In this document: positions 15,158-23,067 of the stretch, in pieces
Numbering within the stretch: position 1 is the stretch's first letter
How the letters are laid out: every line of letters starts with the position of its first letter
From: a virus
Length of the DNA stretch: 44,378 bases
Reading direction: 5' to 3' (one strand)
Virus record (IMG/VR): IMGVR_UViG_3300045988_039715
Location: 1-44,378 of that record
Position numbers and translations under genes: made by a program
Notes under the pieces: model-generated
Told to the model about the DNA's origin: nothing
The model's database searches: none
Seen by the model: only the letters and a program-made list of their open reading frames with translations

Positions 15158-15944
15158 ATAACAGGTTTGGTAATCGGTTTTCTTCTCTCTGCCCATAGTT
15201 ATATGCCAGCAGAATTTGTACAGCGTACTTTCTGGAACCGGATGATCTGTCCACCTGTGCGTCTCTAATTAAGTCATTTGGATGCTTCCTGCTTAGTTTT
15301 TGGATCAATATATCCTCTTTCGCCTGTTCTTTGTACGTCCGAAGGAAAAGGCCAAGCCCCTTCAAAATTTGCGCCTGTGCGCCAGCCGGGTCCCCGTTCC
15401 ACGCGCCTTTTATAACGCGGATATACATCGCATACAGTTCGTTATCGTTAATTGCAAGAAACTCGTTCCATAGAGTGCTGACTGCTACAACAGCGTTTTT
15501 AGCCTTGTTTCCGGTCCACGAAATTTCGAGGCCGTTAGCCTCTGTAATCCTCTGGAAATCGATTGACTGTTTATCCCCATAGTTTCCAAGGACCCGTATT
15601 TTGTCGGTCAGTGTGACGCGGCTCGTTGTCCCTCTCTGATTAATGAACATATTTGCTGCGTCCATCTTTGTCATTCCGTTATAGACCCGGCACTTTACGC
15701 AGAGATCACGACCGGCGTTTCTGGCCTTTAAAACCTTCATGGTCATCTGACCGTCGAAGCAGTAATACTTTCCATCGATCAGAGCAACGCTGATAGGCTG
15801 GATGAGATTCGGATCGAATGTACGCATAATTTTATTGAACTGTGCCCGTCTCCGATTTACGTCTCTCTGGCCGAGGTCGTCAATCAGAATATCCTTTGTG
15901 TTGAGGTCTAAAAGCTGAACTTCAATCTTCTGTGCCATTCTCAT
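15156..15944 (-). CDS. ParB/Srx-fold protein of the DGQ (DndB-like) type
   Basis: PISVALIDGKYYCFDGQMTMKVL resembles the DGQHR/DndB-like core. 262 aa. Confidence 0.5.
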   Translation of the reverse strand: MRMAQKIEVQLLDLNTKDILIDDLGQRDVNRRRAQFNKIMRTFDPNLIQPISVALIDGKYYCFDGQMTMKVLKARNAGRDLCVKCRVYNGMTKMDAANMFINQRGTTSRVTLTDKIRVLGNYGDKQSIDFQRITEANGLEISWTGNKAKNAVVAVSTLWNEFLAINDNELYAMYIRVIKGAWNGDPAGAQAQILKGLGLFLRTYKEQAKEDILIQKLSRKHPNDLIRDAQVDRSSGSRKYAVQILLAYNYGQREENRLPNLL

Positions 15945-16896
15945 TCACCATCCTTACCATGTCCTTATATTTAGTAATGACCTCAACGCCTCTGTCCAAC
16001 TCTCTCATAGCAGCATCACGCCCAGCAGGGATATCAAGCATTTCCCGATGGACAAGAACCATGTGCTGCTTTAGGGACGCATCCAACGCTTTGATAGCCG
16101 TGTGGATTAGCTCTTGAAATTCTGCCACAGTGAAGGGTGGAGTCGGCTCCACCGGCGCTACCTTTGGGATTGGGCGAAGGATCGCCCTCACTGTGTCCGT
16201 ATCGCCTTTTTTGATAGCTTCCACAACCTCGCGTTTCTTTTCCTCTGGAGCATTGCGGATTTCAGAGATAACGGACTTGGGGGCTTTCACAGAACCGGAT
16301 AGGACGGCCTCTTTGATACCAGGAGAAACCTTTTCGGCCTCATCAAGTCCGCGCCCAAACTCTACAGCTCTTCTTACTTCGCTTTCTTTAATTCCGTGTT
16401 CTTTCGCTACAACTTTTCTGGCCTGAAACATCTCTCCCGAACTGTTTGGTAATTGGTCGTTTTGGCCATTTACCACTTTCACATACTGATTTCCCCGAAA
16501 TCCATCGGCGGCTCCATGCGTTTTGACAAGCGCATCATGTTCTTCTTTGAGAAGGTAATCGCGTTGCGCCAGTGTCACATTCCTTCTCCCCAACTGGTTC
16601 CGGCACATCCAAACAATAGCGGCCCACTTATCAGAGAAGTCCATCTGCTTCACTTTGAAAGGGATTTCAGGATGCTTCTGGACAATTTTGTAACGGTGGT
16701 GGCCGTCAATGATAGTGTTGTGCCATACCACCAGCGGTTCCCGAACTTCTCCATCCGCAACAATATTCTCTTCCAGTTTGGAGAACTCGTCTGCTGACAA
16801 AGGCGGTATTTTGTCCCGAAATTCAGGGTCAATTGTTAACTGCCTCAATTTTAAATTTCCTCCTTGTATTCCGTCCCGCACCATGCTAAAATACAA
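15922..16896 (-). CDS. ParB N-terminal-domain (ParB-like nuclease) protein
   Basis: IDPEFRDKIPPLSADEFSKLEENIVADGEVREPLVVWHNTIIDGHHRY. A TTG at 16848 behind an AAGGAGG RBS is the likelier start. Confidence 0.7.
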   Translation of the reverse strand: MYFSMVRDGIQGGNLKLRQLTIDPEFRDKIPPLSADEFSKLEENIVADGEVREPLVVWHNTIIDGHHRYKIVQKHPEIPFKVKQMDFSDKWAAIVWMCRNQLGRRNVTLAQRDYLLKEEHDALVKTHGAADGFRGNQYVKVVNGQNDQLPNSSGEMFQARKVVAKEHGIKESEVRRAVEFGRGLDEAEKVSPGIKEAVLSGSVKAPKSVISEIRNAPEEKKREVVEAIKKGDTDTVRAILRPIPKVAPVEPTPPFTVAEFQELIHTAIKALDASLKQHMVLVHREMLDIPAGRDAAMRELDRGVEVITKYKDMVRMVNENGTED

Positions 16897-16956
16897 GGTG
16901 CTAGGACGTGTCCTGTTCTTCCGCCCTCATCCGTGCGCTACCACGGGTGGGGGCAA

Positions 16957-17346
16957 TTATTTTGTTGCTGACAAAGCCACACTCAAAATAGTCTGTAAGC
17001 CGGATAGTCTTTCGTTTACGATTCGCTCAATCCCATCCGCTGCCAGCTCCTCAACCTCCCGCAGCTTGTAAGTAGGCAGGTCTCCCCGTTTGTACTTCAC
17101 CAGTAGCCCCGGCGAGATGTTATAGGCCCAGCTTCCAGTTTCCTGATTCTGTACCCCAAATCCAAAGGGTGCCCTCTGCTCCTGGAGTGCTCGGTACAAT
17201 GTAGCCGTAGACCACCCGATGAACTGGGCCGCCAGATAGGCCGGAACATTGGCGTGTGATAAAATCTCCTCCTCGCTGATTGGTGAGGTTTCTCGTTTCT
17301 TCATGGTATCCTCCTTTCTGGTCATTTTATTGGCCGCTTCCTTCAT
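16957..17346 (-). CDS. excisionase-like/MerR-type HTH DNA-binding protein
   Basis: VPAYLAAQFIGWSTATLYRALQEQRAPFGF. ATG at 17346 (GGAGG RBS), or at 17304 (AAGGAGGA RBS). Confidence 0.5.
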   Translation of the reverse strand: MKEAANKMTRKEDTMKKRETSPISEEEILSHANVPAYLAAQFIGWSTATLYRALQEQRAPFGFGVQNQETGSWAYNISPGLLVKYKRGDLPTYKLREVEELAADGIERIVNERLSGLQTILSVALSATK

Positions 17347-17347
17347 A

Positions 17348-17376
17348 TTTACCTCCGTTCCCTGTCGTGGTATACT
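17348..17376 (+). promoter_or_regulatory. promoter TTTACC-N17-TATACT with extended TG
   Basis: TGgTATACT at 17368-17376, upstream of the GTG-initiated plus-strand gene. Confidence 0.45.
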
Positions 17377-17398
17377 GGTGGAGAAGGGAGGTAAAGTC

Positions 17399-17710
17399 GT
17401 GGATATTTTAAGTACAATCGTAGTTCTCGTCCCAAGCGTTCTGTCTTTGTGCATATCTGGAATTTATGCTTATATCGCCCTAAAGAAAGTGAAAGAGCCG
17501 CCGAAAGACGAGATATGGGAGACAGCTACTCGCATCATGTGTTCGTCAGGGCAAAGTACATATGCCGACGAGTTCATAGAACTTTATGTTCAACTGAAAT
17601 TTTTCAAAGAACATCAGGATTTATTCCCCAATATCAAGCCGATCTCTGGCCTGATGGAAGAATACGAAGAACAGAAGAAGGCCATTAGTAGGGCCGTCGG
17701 CCCTCGTTGA
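17399..17710 (+). CDS. opposite-strand moron: small N-terminally membrane-anchored protein
   Basis: GTG at 17399 behind a GGGAGG RBS. N-terminal ILSTIVVLVPSVLSLCISGIYAYIAL helix. Confidence 0.5.
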   Translation: MDILSTIVVLVPSVLSLCISGIYAYIALKKVKEPPKDEIWETATRIMCSSGQSTYADEFIELYVQLKFFKEHQDLFPNIKPISGLMEEYEEQKKAISRAVGPR

Positions 17711-17849
17711 TTTTCCAGAGATTTAATGCAATATCCAACATGACCTTTGAGATTTCTGCCAGATTATCTTCAGGCAATATCCCTGTGGACCGCTCGGAAA
17801 GTAGTTGCAGCTGCTTTTCGAGCGTTTCTTTTATCTGTTGGTTATCCAT
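17685..17849 (-). CDS. 54-aa hypothetical protein (not in the ORF track)
   Basis: Hand translation MDNQQIKETLEKQLQLLSERSTGILPEDNLAEISKVMLDIALNLWKINEGRRPY. RBS GGGTGAGAGGG. Confidence 0.45.
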   Translation of the reverse strand: MDNQQIKETLEKQLQLLSERSTGILPEDNLAEISKVMLDIALNLWKINEGRRPY

Positions 17850-17884
17850 CCCTCTCACCCCCTTCCCCTATTCACTGTCCCGTT

Positions 17885-18118
17885 TTATTGGACAGGTTCC
17901 GTGCTATCATGATCGCACTTCTGGATTTCCAAAATTTCCCGGATAGCCTGAACAACCTTGGGGGTGGAGAGCTGGCCGGTCTTGATCTTGTACATATAAG
18001 AATCATCAAAATACAAGCCAGTCCTGTTTCGAACTTCCTCAATTAACCAGGTCTGCGGTTTGTCTAAGTCAATCAGCCGCTTCCCGATGTCCTTGCCGAA
18101 CGCCGTAAGTTGTGCCAT
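17885..18118 (-). CDS. Cro-like HTH regulator (first gene of the early leftward operon)
   Basis: FGKDIGKRLIDLDKPQTWLIEEV. Oriented opposite to the CI-like repressor gene across the switch region. Confidence 0.6.
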   Translation of the reverse strand: MAQLTAFGKDIGKRLIDLDKPQTWLIEEVRNRTGLYFDDSYMYKIKTGQLSTPKVVQAIREILEIQKCDHDSTEPVQ

Positions 18119-18147
18119 TCCATTGCTCACCTCCCTATATCGTGTTG

Positions 18148-18176
18148 TTGACAATTACGGAAAGTTGTAATATACT
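18148..18176 (+). promoter_or_regulatory. rightward promoter TTGACA-N17-TATACT (repressor/lysogeny operon)
   Basis: TTGACA at 18148-18153 and TATACT at 18171-18176. Confidence 0.55.
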
Positions 18177-18223
18177 TATCTTGCCACAGATAATAAATAC
18201 AGCCGTCCGTACTTCATGTGACT

Positions 18224-18252
18224 ATAATATTACTGTTCGCTGTAAAAGTCAA
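18224..18252 (-). promoter_or_regulatory. leftward promoter TTGACT-N17-TATTAT (early operon)
   Basis: Reverse complement of 18247-18252 gives TTGACT and of 18224-18229 gives TATTAT. It faces the rightward promoter. Confidence 0.45.
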
Positions 18253-18308
18253 GTAAAAAGTACGGTCATCTGTAATTTTGCCTTTTTGCACAAATGCCGG
18301 GAGGAATT

Positions 18309-18683
18309 ATGGAAGATTTGTACAAGCATATAGAAGGACTTGGAAGGGAACACGGTTATAAGAACATGACTGTTCTCTGTAAGGCTGCCGGGGTTCCCCG
18401 TTCCACGATGTCGGAATTAAATAATGGGAGAAGCAAAGACCTTTCCAAACCAAACGCCCAAAAATTCGCAGATATTCTGGGAATTACTCTGGATGAGGTA
18501 TATGGAGAAGAAACAAAAAAAGCGCCCACCCAAGAGGATGAGCGCGAGATAACTTTTGATGATTTTACTTTTGCGATGCAAAACGAAAGCAAAGACTTGA
18601 CCGAGGCAGATAAGCAAATCCTTCTATCAATGGCAAAACAGCTTAATGATGCAAGGAAGAAGAGAAATGGAGAATCTAAATAG
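18309..18683 (+). CDS. CI-like XRE-family repressor
   Basis: MTVLCKAAGVPRSTMSELNNGR HTH. ATG at 18309 behind a GGGAGG RBS. Followed by an ImmA-type protease. Confidence 0.75.
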   Translation: MEDLYKHIEGLGREHGYKNMTVLCKAAGVPRSTMSELNNGRSKDLSKPNAQKFADILGITLDEVYGEETKKAPTQEDEREITFDDFTFAMQNESKDLTEADKQILLSMAKQLNDARKKRNGESK

Positions 18684-19116
18684 CCTATATAAATGGTTAG
18701 ACCTAGAGGGAGTCTTTGTATTTGATAGGAGGCTCCCGTTCAGCAAAAAGGATTCTAAAGCGACCACTCTAAAGCTAAAGCCTCCTTATGAAACTTGGGG
18801 CATATTTCTTGACAAGAAAAGGTTGAAAACAAAGGCAGAGGAAAAATCCGCTGTGCTTCATGAGTGTGGGCACTATGCAACGGGAGCCACCCATGAAGTA
18901 AACAGTCCGTTCGATCTTGTTGCGAAGCATGAATACAAAGCAGACAAATGGGCTGTCGAACGGGCGCTGTCAGTCGATGAACTAGACGATGCTGTGGCAG
19001 AAGGTCATACAGAAATTTGGGATCTAGCTGAGTATTTTGGAGTAACTGAGGACTTCATGCGAAAGGCCGTCTGTTGGTATACCTACGGGAATTTGGCGAC
19101 GGAGTTGTATTTTTAG
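18667..19116 (+). CDS. ImmA/IrrE-family metallopeptidase (anti-repressor protease)
   Basis: HExxH motif in VLHECGHYATG. Overlaps the repressor stop. Confidence 0.75.
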   Translation: MENLNSLYKWLDLEGVFVFDRRLPFSKKDSKATTLKLKPPYETWGIFLDKKRLKTKAEEKSAVLHECGHYATGATHEVNSPFDLVAKHEYKADKWAVERALSVDELDDAVAEGHTEIWDLAEYFGVTEDFMRKAVCWYTYGNLATELYF

Positions 19117-19141
19117 GTATAAGAGCAAGGGAGAGTTCCTC

Positions 19142-19324
19142 GTGAAAAATATTCTCGGTCGTTTTCGTTCTTATTTGCATGAAACGAAAGAGTTAAATCG
19201 GATATATTATGAGCAAGAAGCTTTTAGTGATGACATAAAAGAAATACAACAAGATAAAGAAAGAACATCAGAGATTGAAAAATACGGAAAAGAAAGGAAA
19301 GCTTTACTATGCTATAAATGGTGA
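19142..19324 (+). CDS. small hypothetical protein (AT-rich segment)
   Basis: GTG-initiated 60-aa ORF. Overlaps the next ORF by 50 nt, so only one of the two may be real. Confidence 0.3.
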   Translation: MKNILGRFRSYLHETKELNRIYYEQEAFSDDIKEIQQDKERTSEIEKYGKERKALLCYKW

Positions 19325-19499
19325 TTTATCTAAAGCAACTGTTCACTGCCACAAACACGGAAAATTTGCAGAGCTCATATTCTCCGTTGTAGGAAGAACC
19401 TTTTTAATTTCAAAAATTAATACTTTAGGGCAGGATAGAAAGCTGTTTACTTTATACGATTGTAGTTGGCATTTTACAGACTATGCAGATTTTTCTTAA
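19275..19499 (+). CDS. small hypothetical protein (AT-rich segment)
   Basis: 74-aa ORF followed by a hairpin. Confidence 0.4.
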   Translation: MKNTEKKGKLYYAINGDLSKATVHCHKHGKFAELIFSVVGRTFLISKINTLGQDRKLFTLYDCSWHFTDYADFS

Positions 19500-19535
19500 A
19501 AAATAAAAGCCCCCGGTGCTACCAACACCGAGGGC
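19498..19535 (-). terminator. intrinsic terminator oriented for the minus strand
   Basis: 10-bp stem at 19509-19518/19526-19535 with one mismatch. The U-tract exists only on the minus strand (plus AAAAAATAAAA at 19498-19508). Confidence 0.45.
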
Positions 19536-19662
19536 GGGCCGTAGATGCTACCAACATCAACGGGAAGCAAAGCACCCCAAACCGATAAATCCAAGGCACC
19601 TTTGCGCCCTTTTATTGTATCATACTGGGACCACGGGTGCAACCATAAAAAGGAGGAGCACC

Positions 19663-20712
19663 ATGAAGCGAGCAAATGGGACCGGAACTGTGGTCAAACT
19701 ATCCGGTAACCGGAGCCGTCCATACTGTGTCAGAATATCCCAGCGAGATAAGCGTGGATATGTAATCCAAACAGCCGTCAGTTACCACGCAAAGGCCGCC
19801 GAGGCACAGGCCGCCCTGGATGAATTAGTCAAGAAAATCCAAGCTGGGAATCATATCAGCGCCGATACAATCAATACGACATGGGGGCAGGCTTATGAGA
19901 TATGGTCCGCTCGAAAGTACAGGATAGCTGGACCTGCCTCCGTGGCATCCTATAAAGCCTCCTGGAGCCGTGTAGGGGCTCTAGCTGACCGGAAGGCCAG
20001 GAGTATTACTATTGATGATCTCCAGGCTATCATTGACCAGGATGCGGCGGATGGTATGTCTAGCTCGTCCATTAATAACGACTGCATCCTTATCAAAGCT
20101 CTGTTTAAATTTTTAATGGAACGTGACATTGTTGCGAAGGACTACTCCGCTTTTATTCAGGTCCCGAAGGTCGGTCCGAAGCATACCAAAGGTGCCTTTG
20201 ACGACCTACAGATGGCAAGACTGGAGAAGTTGGCTAAAGAAGGATTCCCATGGGCTGACACGGTGCTCATGCTCTGCTATACCGGCCTCCGCATCAACGA
20301 GTTTTTGTCCCTCACTCCATTCAACTTTGATCCAGACACAGGATGCTTAACTGGCGGCAGCAAAACTGAAGCTGGGAAGGGTAGGACCGTTCCTGTTCAT
20401 CCAAAAATCCGTCCATACTTTGACCGTTGGATGGCAGATCAGGCAGATACTATTATCCATCAGGACGGAAATCCCGTATCAGACAGATGGTATCGGGCCT
20501 CCGCATTCAAAGGTGTCATGGACGCTCTGGGGGTGCCTGATGCCACACCACACTGGTGCCGCCACACATTCGTAACCAGAGCTAAAATAGCTGGGGTAGA
20601 TGAGATGGCCCTAAAGTTCATTGTCGGACACTCCCAGCGGGGAAATATCACCGCGCAATACACTCACCCGGACCCCGCCTGGCTTGCCACCGAGATGGCA
20701 AAAATTGCGTAA
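19663..20712 (+). CDS. int: tyrosine recombinase (phage integrase)
   Basis: ATG at 19663 behind an AAAGGAGGAG RBS. C-terminal HWCRHTF...GH...Y catalytic pattern. Confidence 0.85.
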   Translation: MKRANGTGTVVKLSGNRSRPYCVRISQRDKRGYVIQTAVSYHAKAAEAQAALDELVKKIQAGNHISADTINTTWGQAYEIWSARKYRIAGPASVASYKASWSRVGALADRKARSITIDDLQAIIDQDAADGMSSSSINNDCILIKALFKFLMERDIVAKDYSAFIQVPKVGPKHTKGAFDDLQMARLEKLAKEGFPWADTVLMLCYTGLRINEFLSLTPFNFDPDTGCLTGGSKTEAGKGRTVPVHPKIRPYFDRWMADQADTIIHQDGNPVSDRWYRASAFKGVMDALGVPDATPHWCRHTFVTRAKIAGVDEMALKFIVGHSQRGNITAQYTHPDPAWLATEMAKIA

Positions 20713-20735
20713 AAAATAATCACCAGAAACCAGGC

Positions 20736-20767
20736 GTTAGTAACGGGTTAGTAACACGGTTAGTAAC
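20736..20767 (+). repeat. three tandem GTTAGTAAC repeats (candidate integrase arm-type sites)
   Basis: Copies at 20736, 20747 and 20759. A fourth copy lies at 20939-20947. Confidence 0.6.
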
Positions 20768-20779
20768 AAAAGTCGGGAA

Positions 20780-20809
20780 AGTGCTGATATACCGGCACTT
20801 TTCTTTTTT
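20780..20809 (+). terminator. intrinsic terminator after int
   Basis: 7-bp stem at 20780-20786/20793-20799, followed by TTTCTTTTTT. Confidence 0.6.
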
Positions 20810-20810
20810 G

Positions 20811-20835
20811 AAAATTTAAGAAGTTCTTAAATTTT
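20811..20835. other. 25-bp perfect AT-rich palindrome (attP core candidate)
   Basis: AAAATTTAAGAA-G-TTCTTAAATTTT, read directly. Lies between the repeat clusters. Confidence 0.4.
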
Positions 20836-20938
20836 TAATCGATTATCTTCATATATCGAGAGCAAAAGTTATCTTCCAGTTTATAAATTCTCATTTTCTT
20901 CAACTTTTTTCTCTATATCATATCACACAAAATCTTGC

Positions 20939-20947
20939 GTTAGTAAC
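20939..20947 (+). repeat. fourth GTTAGTAAC copy (P-prime arm candidate)
   Basis: GCGTTAGTAACAAA matches the left-hand copies. Confidence 0.5.
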
Positions 20948-20950
20948 AAA

Positions 20951-20976
20951 TCCGCCCCCCTTTTATAGGGGGCGGA
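20951..20976 (-). terminator. terminator closing the minus-strand island operon
   Basis: 9-bp GC stem TCCGCCCCC/GGGGGCGGA directly after the stop at 20982. TTTGTT follows on the minus strand. Confidence 0.55.
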
Positions 20977-20981
20977 CTAGT

Positions 20982-21329
20982 TTAGAGGGTCCGAATTTTC
21001 CGCATAACACCTTCGTAGACACGTGGGTTTACTGTGTGGAGCGTGTCCATCAGGTCATCCATGATGGACCACGCCGCGCCTTGATCTTTGCCATAGACAG
21101 TGCGTAGAAAATCACTATCTCCGTAGTCCTCAACCACCGAGGAATACTCGGCATCTGCCGAGGTAGCAGAGTAGGCCGCCTCATAGGGCACTTGGCGCTC
21201 CTGACGGTCCATGCGGTCCCGAATGGTATACAGGTTGGCCAGCTTTGCGTAGGCCGGGTAGCTAGATTCTCCGTACTCCAGACGGGCAATCTCAATGTCT
21301 ATCTCCTTGCGGTCAAGCATGGGGGACAC
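20982..21329 (-). CDS. island protein h: acidic hypothetical protein
   Basis: 115-aa ORF. The C-terminal AAWSIMDDLMDTLHTVNPRVYEGVMRKI pattern recurs in Clostridia prophages (from memory, unverified). Confidence 0.65.
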   Translation of the reverse strand: MSPMLDRKEIDIEIARLEYGESSYPAYAKLANLYTIRDRMDRQERQVPYEAAYSATSADAEYSSVVEDYGDSDFLRTVYGKDQGAAWSIMDDLMDTLHTVNPRVYEGVMRKIRTL

Positions 21330-21335
21330 CCCCTA

Positions 21336-21758
21336 TCAGTCTCGGCCCAGCTCGCTCATAAAACGGCGGATTGCTTCACGCTCTCGGTCAGTGGTGGCAT
21401 TTTCCATCATCTCACGAGCCTGTTCCATCATAGCCTCTTTAGCATCATGGCGGCTATACCCTCCATCTCTGCTATAGTCACCACGGTTGTTATAACCGTC
21501 TCGGCTATAGTGGCCTCGAACATAGTGCTTACCACGATTAGCATAACTGGAGCCACGATTATAGGAGCCGCGTCCCTCCCAGTCGCCCGCCTCAGAGTAG
21601 CCACCGTCCTCCTCCAGAGCGCAGATTTTATCGATGTTCTTGATGGTATCAGTCAGCTTGTGGACGGTCTCCAGATCACCAGCAGACATTTCAGGCTTGC
21701 GGGCAATCTCGTCCAGTTCGTCCTGGAGCTTATCCTTCAGCTCGTATAGTGCTTTCAT
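21336..21758 (-). CDS. island protein g: helical ends with central R/G/Y/S low-complexity core
   Basis: MKALYELKDKL...VHKLTDTIKNIDKI, then GHYSRDGYNNRGDYSRDGGYSRHD. Confidence 0.65.
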   Translation of the reverse strand: MKALYELKDKLQDELDEIARKPEMSAGDLETVHKLTDTIKNIDKICALEEDGGYSEAGDWEGRGSYNRGSSYANRGKHYVRGHYSRDGYNNRGDYSRDGGYSRHDAKEAMMEQAREMMENATTDREREAIRRFMSELGRD

Positions 21759-21772
21759 AGTATCCTCTCCTT

Positions 21773-22213
21773 TCAGGCTACACGCTCAACAATGAAGTTA
21801 CTGTTGGCTACTAAAATAGGCTGTGTACTGGTGTTTTTTGCGGCAACAGTGACACAGCAGCCACGGGGGACATCTACCACAGCGGAGACATAGATATTAA
21901 AGAAATTCTCCACAGCGGCAGGGGTAACAGTGGCGGTGGATGCGGTCAGCGCCTCACCATTGATGGAGATTGCCGCAGTGATGGCCTCCACGGTCCCGCC
22001 GTCAGGGATGGCGATATTGGCGCCAAAGGAGACCTTGAACTTCGCCCGACACTGGTTCGTAAGCCCCCGAAGAGTCACCAGTCCAGCACCCTCCCGATGT
22101 ACGATGCAGGGCTTGCTCGTGTTGGCCTCCTCGGTAAAGGGCACGTTCTGACCAGCGGCAACGGTTACGATTGCGCTATTTGTGTACTCGGCCAAAAAAA
22201 TCATTCCTTTCAA
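21773..22213 (-). CDS. island protein f: C1q/TNF-like (BclA C-terminal-domain-like) beta-sandwich protein
   Basis: YTNSAIVTVAAGQNVPF...FKVSFGANIA...ISINGEAL...CCVTVAAKNTS...ILVANSNFIVERVA. No collagen-like stalk. The start may be 22204 or 22192. Confidence 0.5.
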   Translation of the reverse strand: MKGMIFLAEYTNSAIVTVAAGQNVPFTEEANTSKPCIVHREGAGLVTLRGLTNQCRAKFKVSFGANIAIPDGGTVEAITAAISINGEALTASTATVTPAAVENFFNIYVSAVVDVPRGCCVTVAAKNTSTQPILVANSNFIVERVA

Positions 22214-22245
22214 AAAGATTAGCGGCGAGGCTATTGCCCCGCCGC
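22211..22245 (-). terminator. internal terminator/attenuator between island genes e and f
   Basis: 9-bp stem at 22222-22230/22237-22245 with one G-U pair, followed by a U-tract on the minus strand. Confidence 0.45.
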
Positions 22246-22308
22246 ATAGTTCAAAATCGGCACGGGGCCGAACATTCCGGTCATGCCGGAAAGTTGATGT
22301 ATTGGGTT

Positions 22309-23067
22309 TTAGCAGCAGCCGCCGCAGGGATTACACCCACAACCGGCATAAGGGTTGGGCACCTGATAGGCCGGAACAGGCATGGGGTTGATGCGGCGGA
22401 TCAGTTCAGCGGTCTGGGCCTCCTGATTGGCGGTGAAGAAAGCGTTCTGTGCCGCCTGGGAAGCCTGGAACTTCAGGCTCTGGTTTTCAGCCGTCAGAGT
22501 AGCAATCTTGTCCTGAGTCAAAAAGTCGAGGATCGCACGGCTGTTGGCGTTCTGGTTGTCGATGATGTCCCTGGTGCTGTTCTGGATGGTATTCCGGGTA
22601 TCGCAAGCCTGGGTAGCCATGTCGTAGCGAACGCCCTGGATTGCTGCCTGGGTAGCCGCGCCCTGGGTGGACAGGTTATAATTCACGCCGTCCACTGCCC
22701 GCTGGGTCTGGCAGCAGCAGTCCTGGAGCTGATAGCCGAGATTGCAGATAGCATTATCCACACCATGGAAGCCGTTGGTTACGGCGGAGAGGATACCGCT
22801 CTGGCCGGTCTGGAGACCGTTCAGCGCAAAGCCCTCGTTGATGTCGGCTCTAGTAGCCCAGCCCTGACCGGAGGGAGAGCCCAGGCCATTGCCGGAGTTA
22901 CCACCCCAGCCGCCGCCATAGCCGCCCCAACCGAACATACCGAAGATCAAGAACAGAATAATCCAGGAGGCCCAATCGCCTCCCCAGCCGCCGAAACCGC
23001 CATTCCCGCCCTGATAGGCAGGCTGCACGGGCATGGTCATTACAGCGCCGTCAGAAGAAAGACTCAT
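22309..23067 (-). CDS. island protein e: Gly/Trp-rich membrane-anchored protein with Cys-rich tail
   Basis: GGNGGFGGWGGDW-ASWIILFLIFGMFGW-GGYGGGWGG, then a central CCC motif, an ENQSLK coiled segment and a C-terminal GCGCNPCGGCC. Confidence 0.65.
   Translation of the reverse strand: MSLSSDGAVMTMPVQPAYQGGNGGFGGWGGDWASWIILFLIFGMFGWGGYGGGWGGNSGNGLGSPSGQGWATRADINEGFALNGLQTGQSGILSAVTNGFHGVDNAICNLGYQLQDCCCQTQRAVDGVNYNLSTQGAATQAAIQGVRYDMATQACDTRNTIQNSTRDIIDNQNANSRAILDFLTQDKIATLTAENQSLKFQASQAAQNAFFTANQEAQTAELIRRINPMPVPAYQVPNPYAGCGCNPCGGCC

Noticed and set aside
15131-15271. 46-codon GTG-initiated hydrophobic ORF (MPPPGGAIFITGLVIGFLLSA...) downstream of the LexA-controlled promoter, considered as a type I toxin.
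   Set aside because: The start codon lies inside the terminator stem and has no RBS. The hydrophobic stretch is the antisense of the ParB-like gene's C-terminus. It would require terminator read-through.
17571-17596. GAAC-N5-GTTC (GAACTTTATGTTC) as a second LexA box.
   Set aside because: The spacing is wrong (N5 instead of N4), and it lies inside a coding region with no associated promoter.
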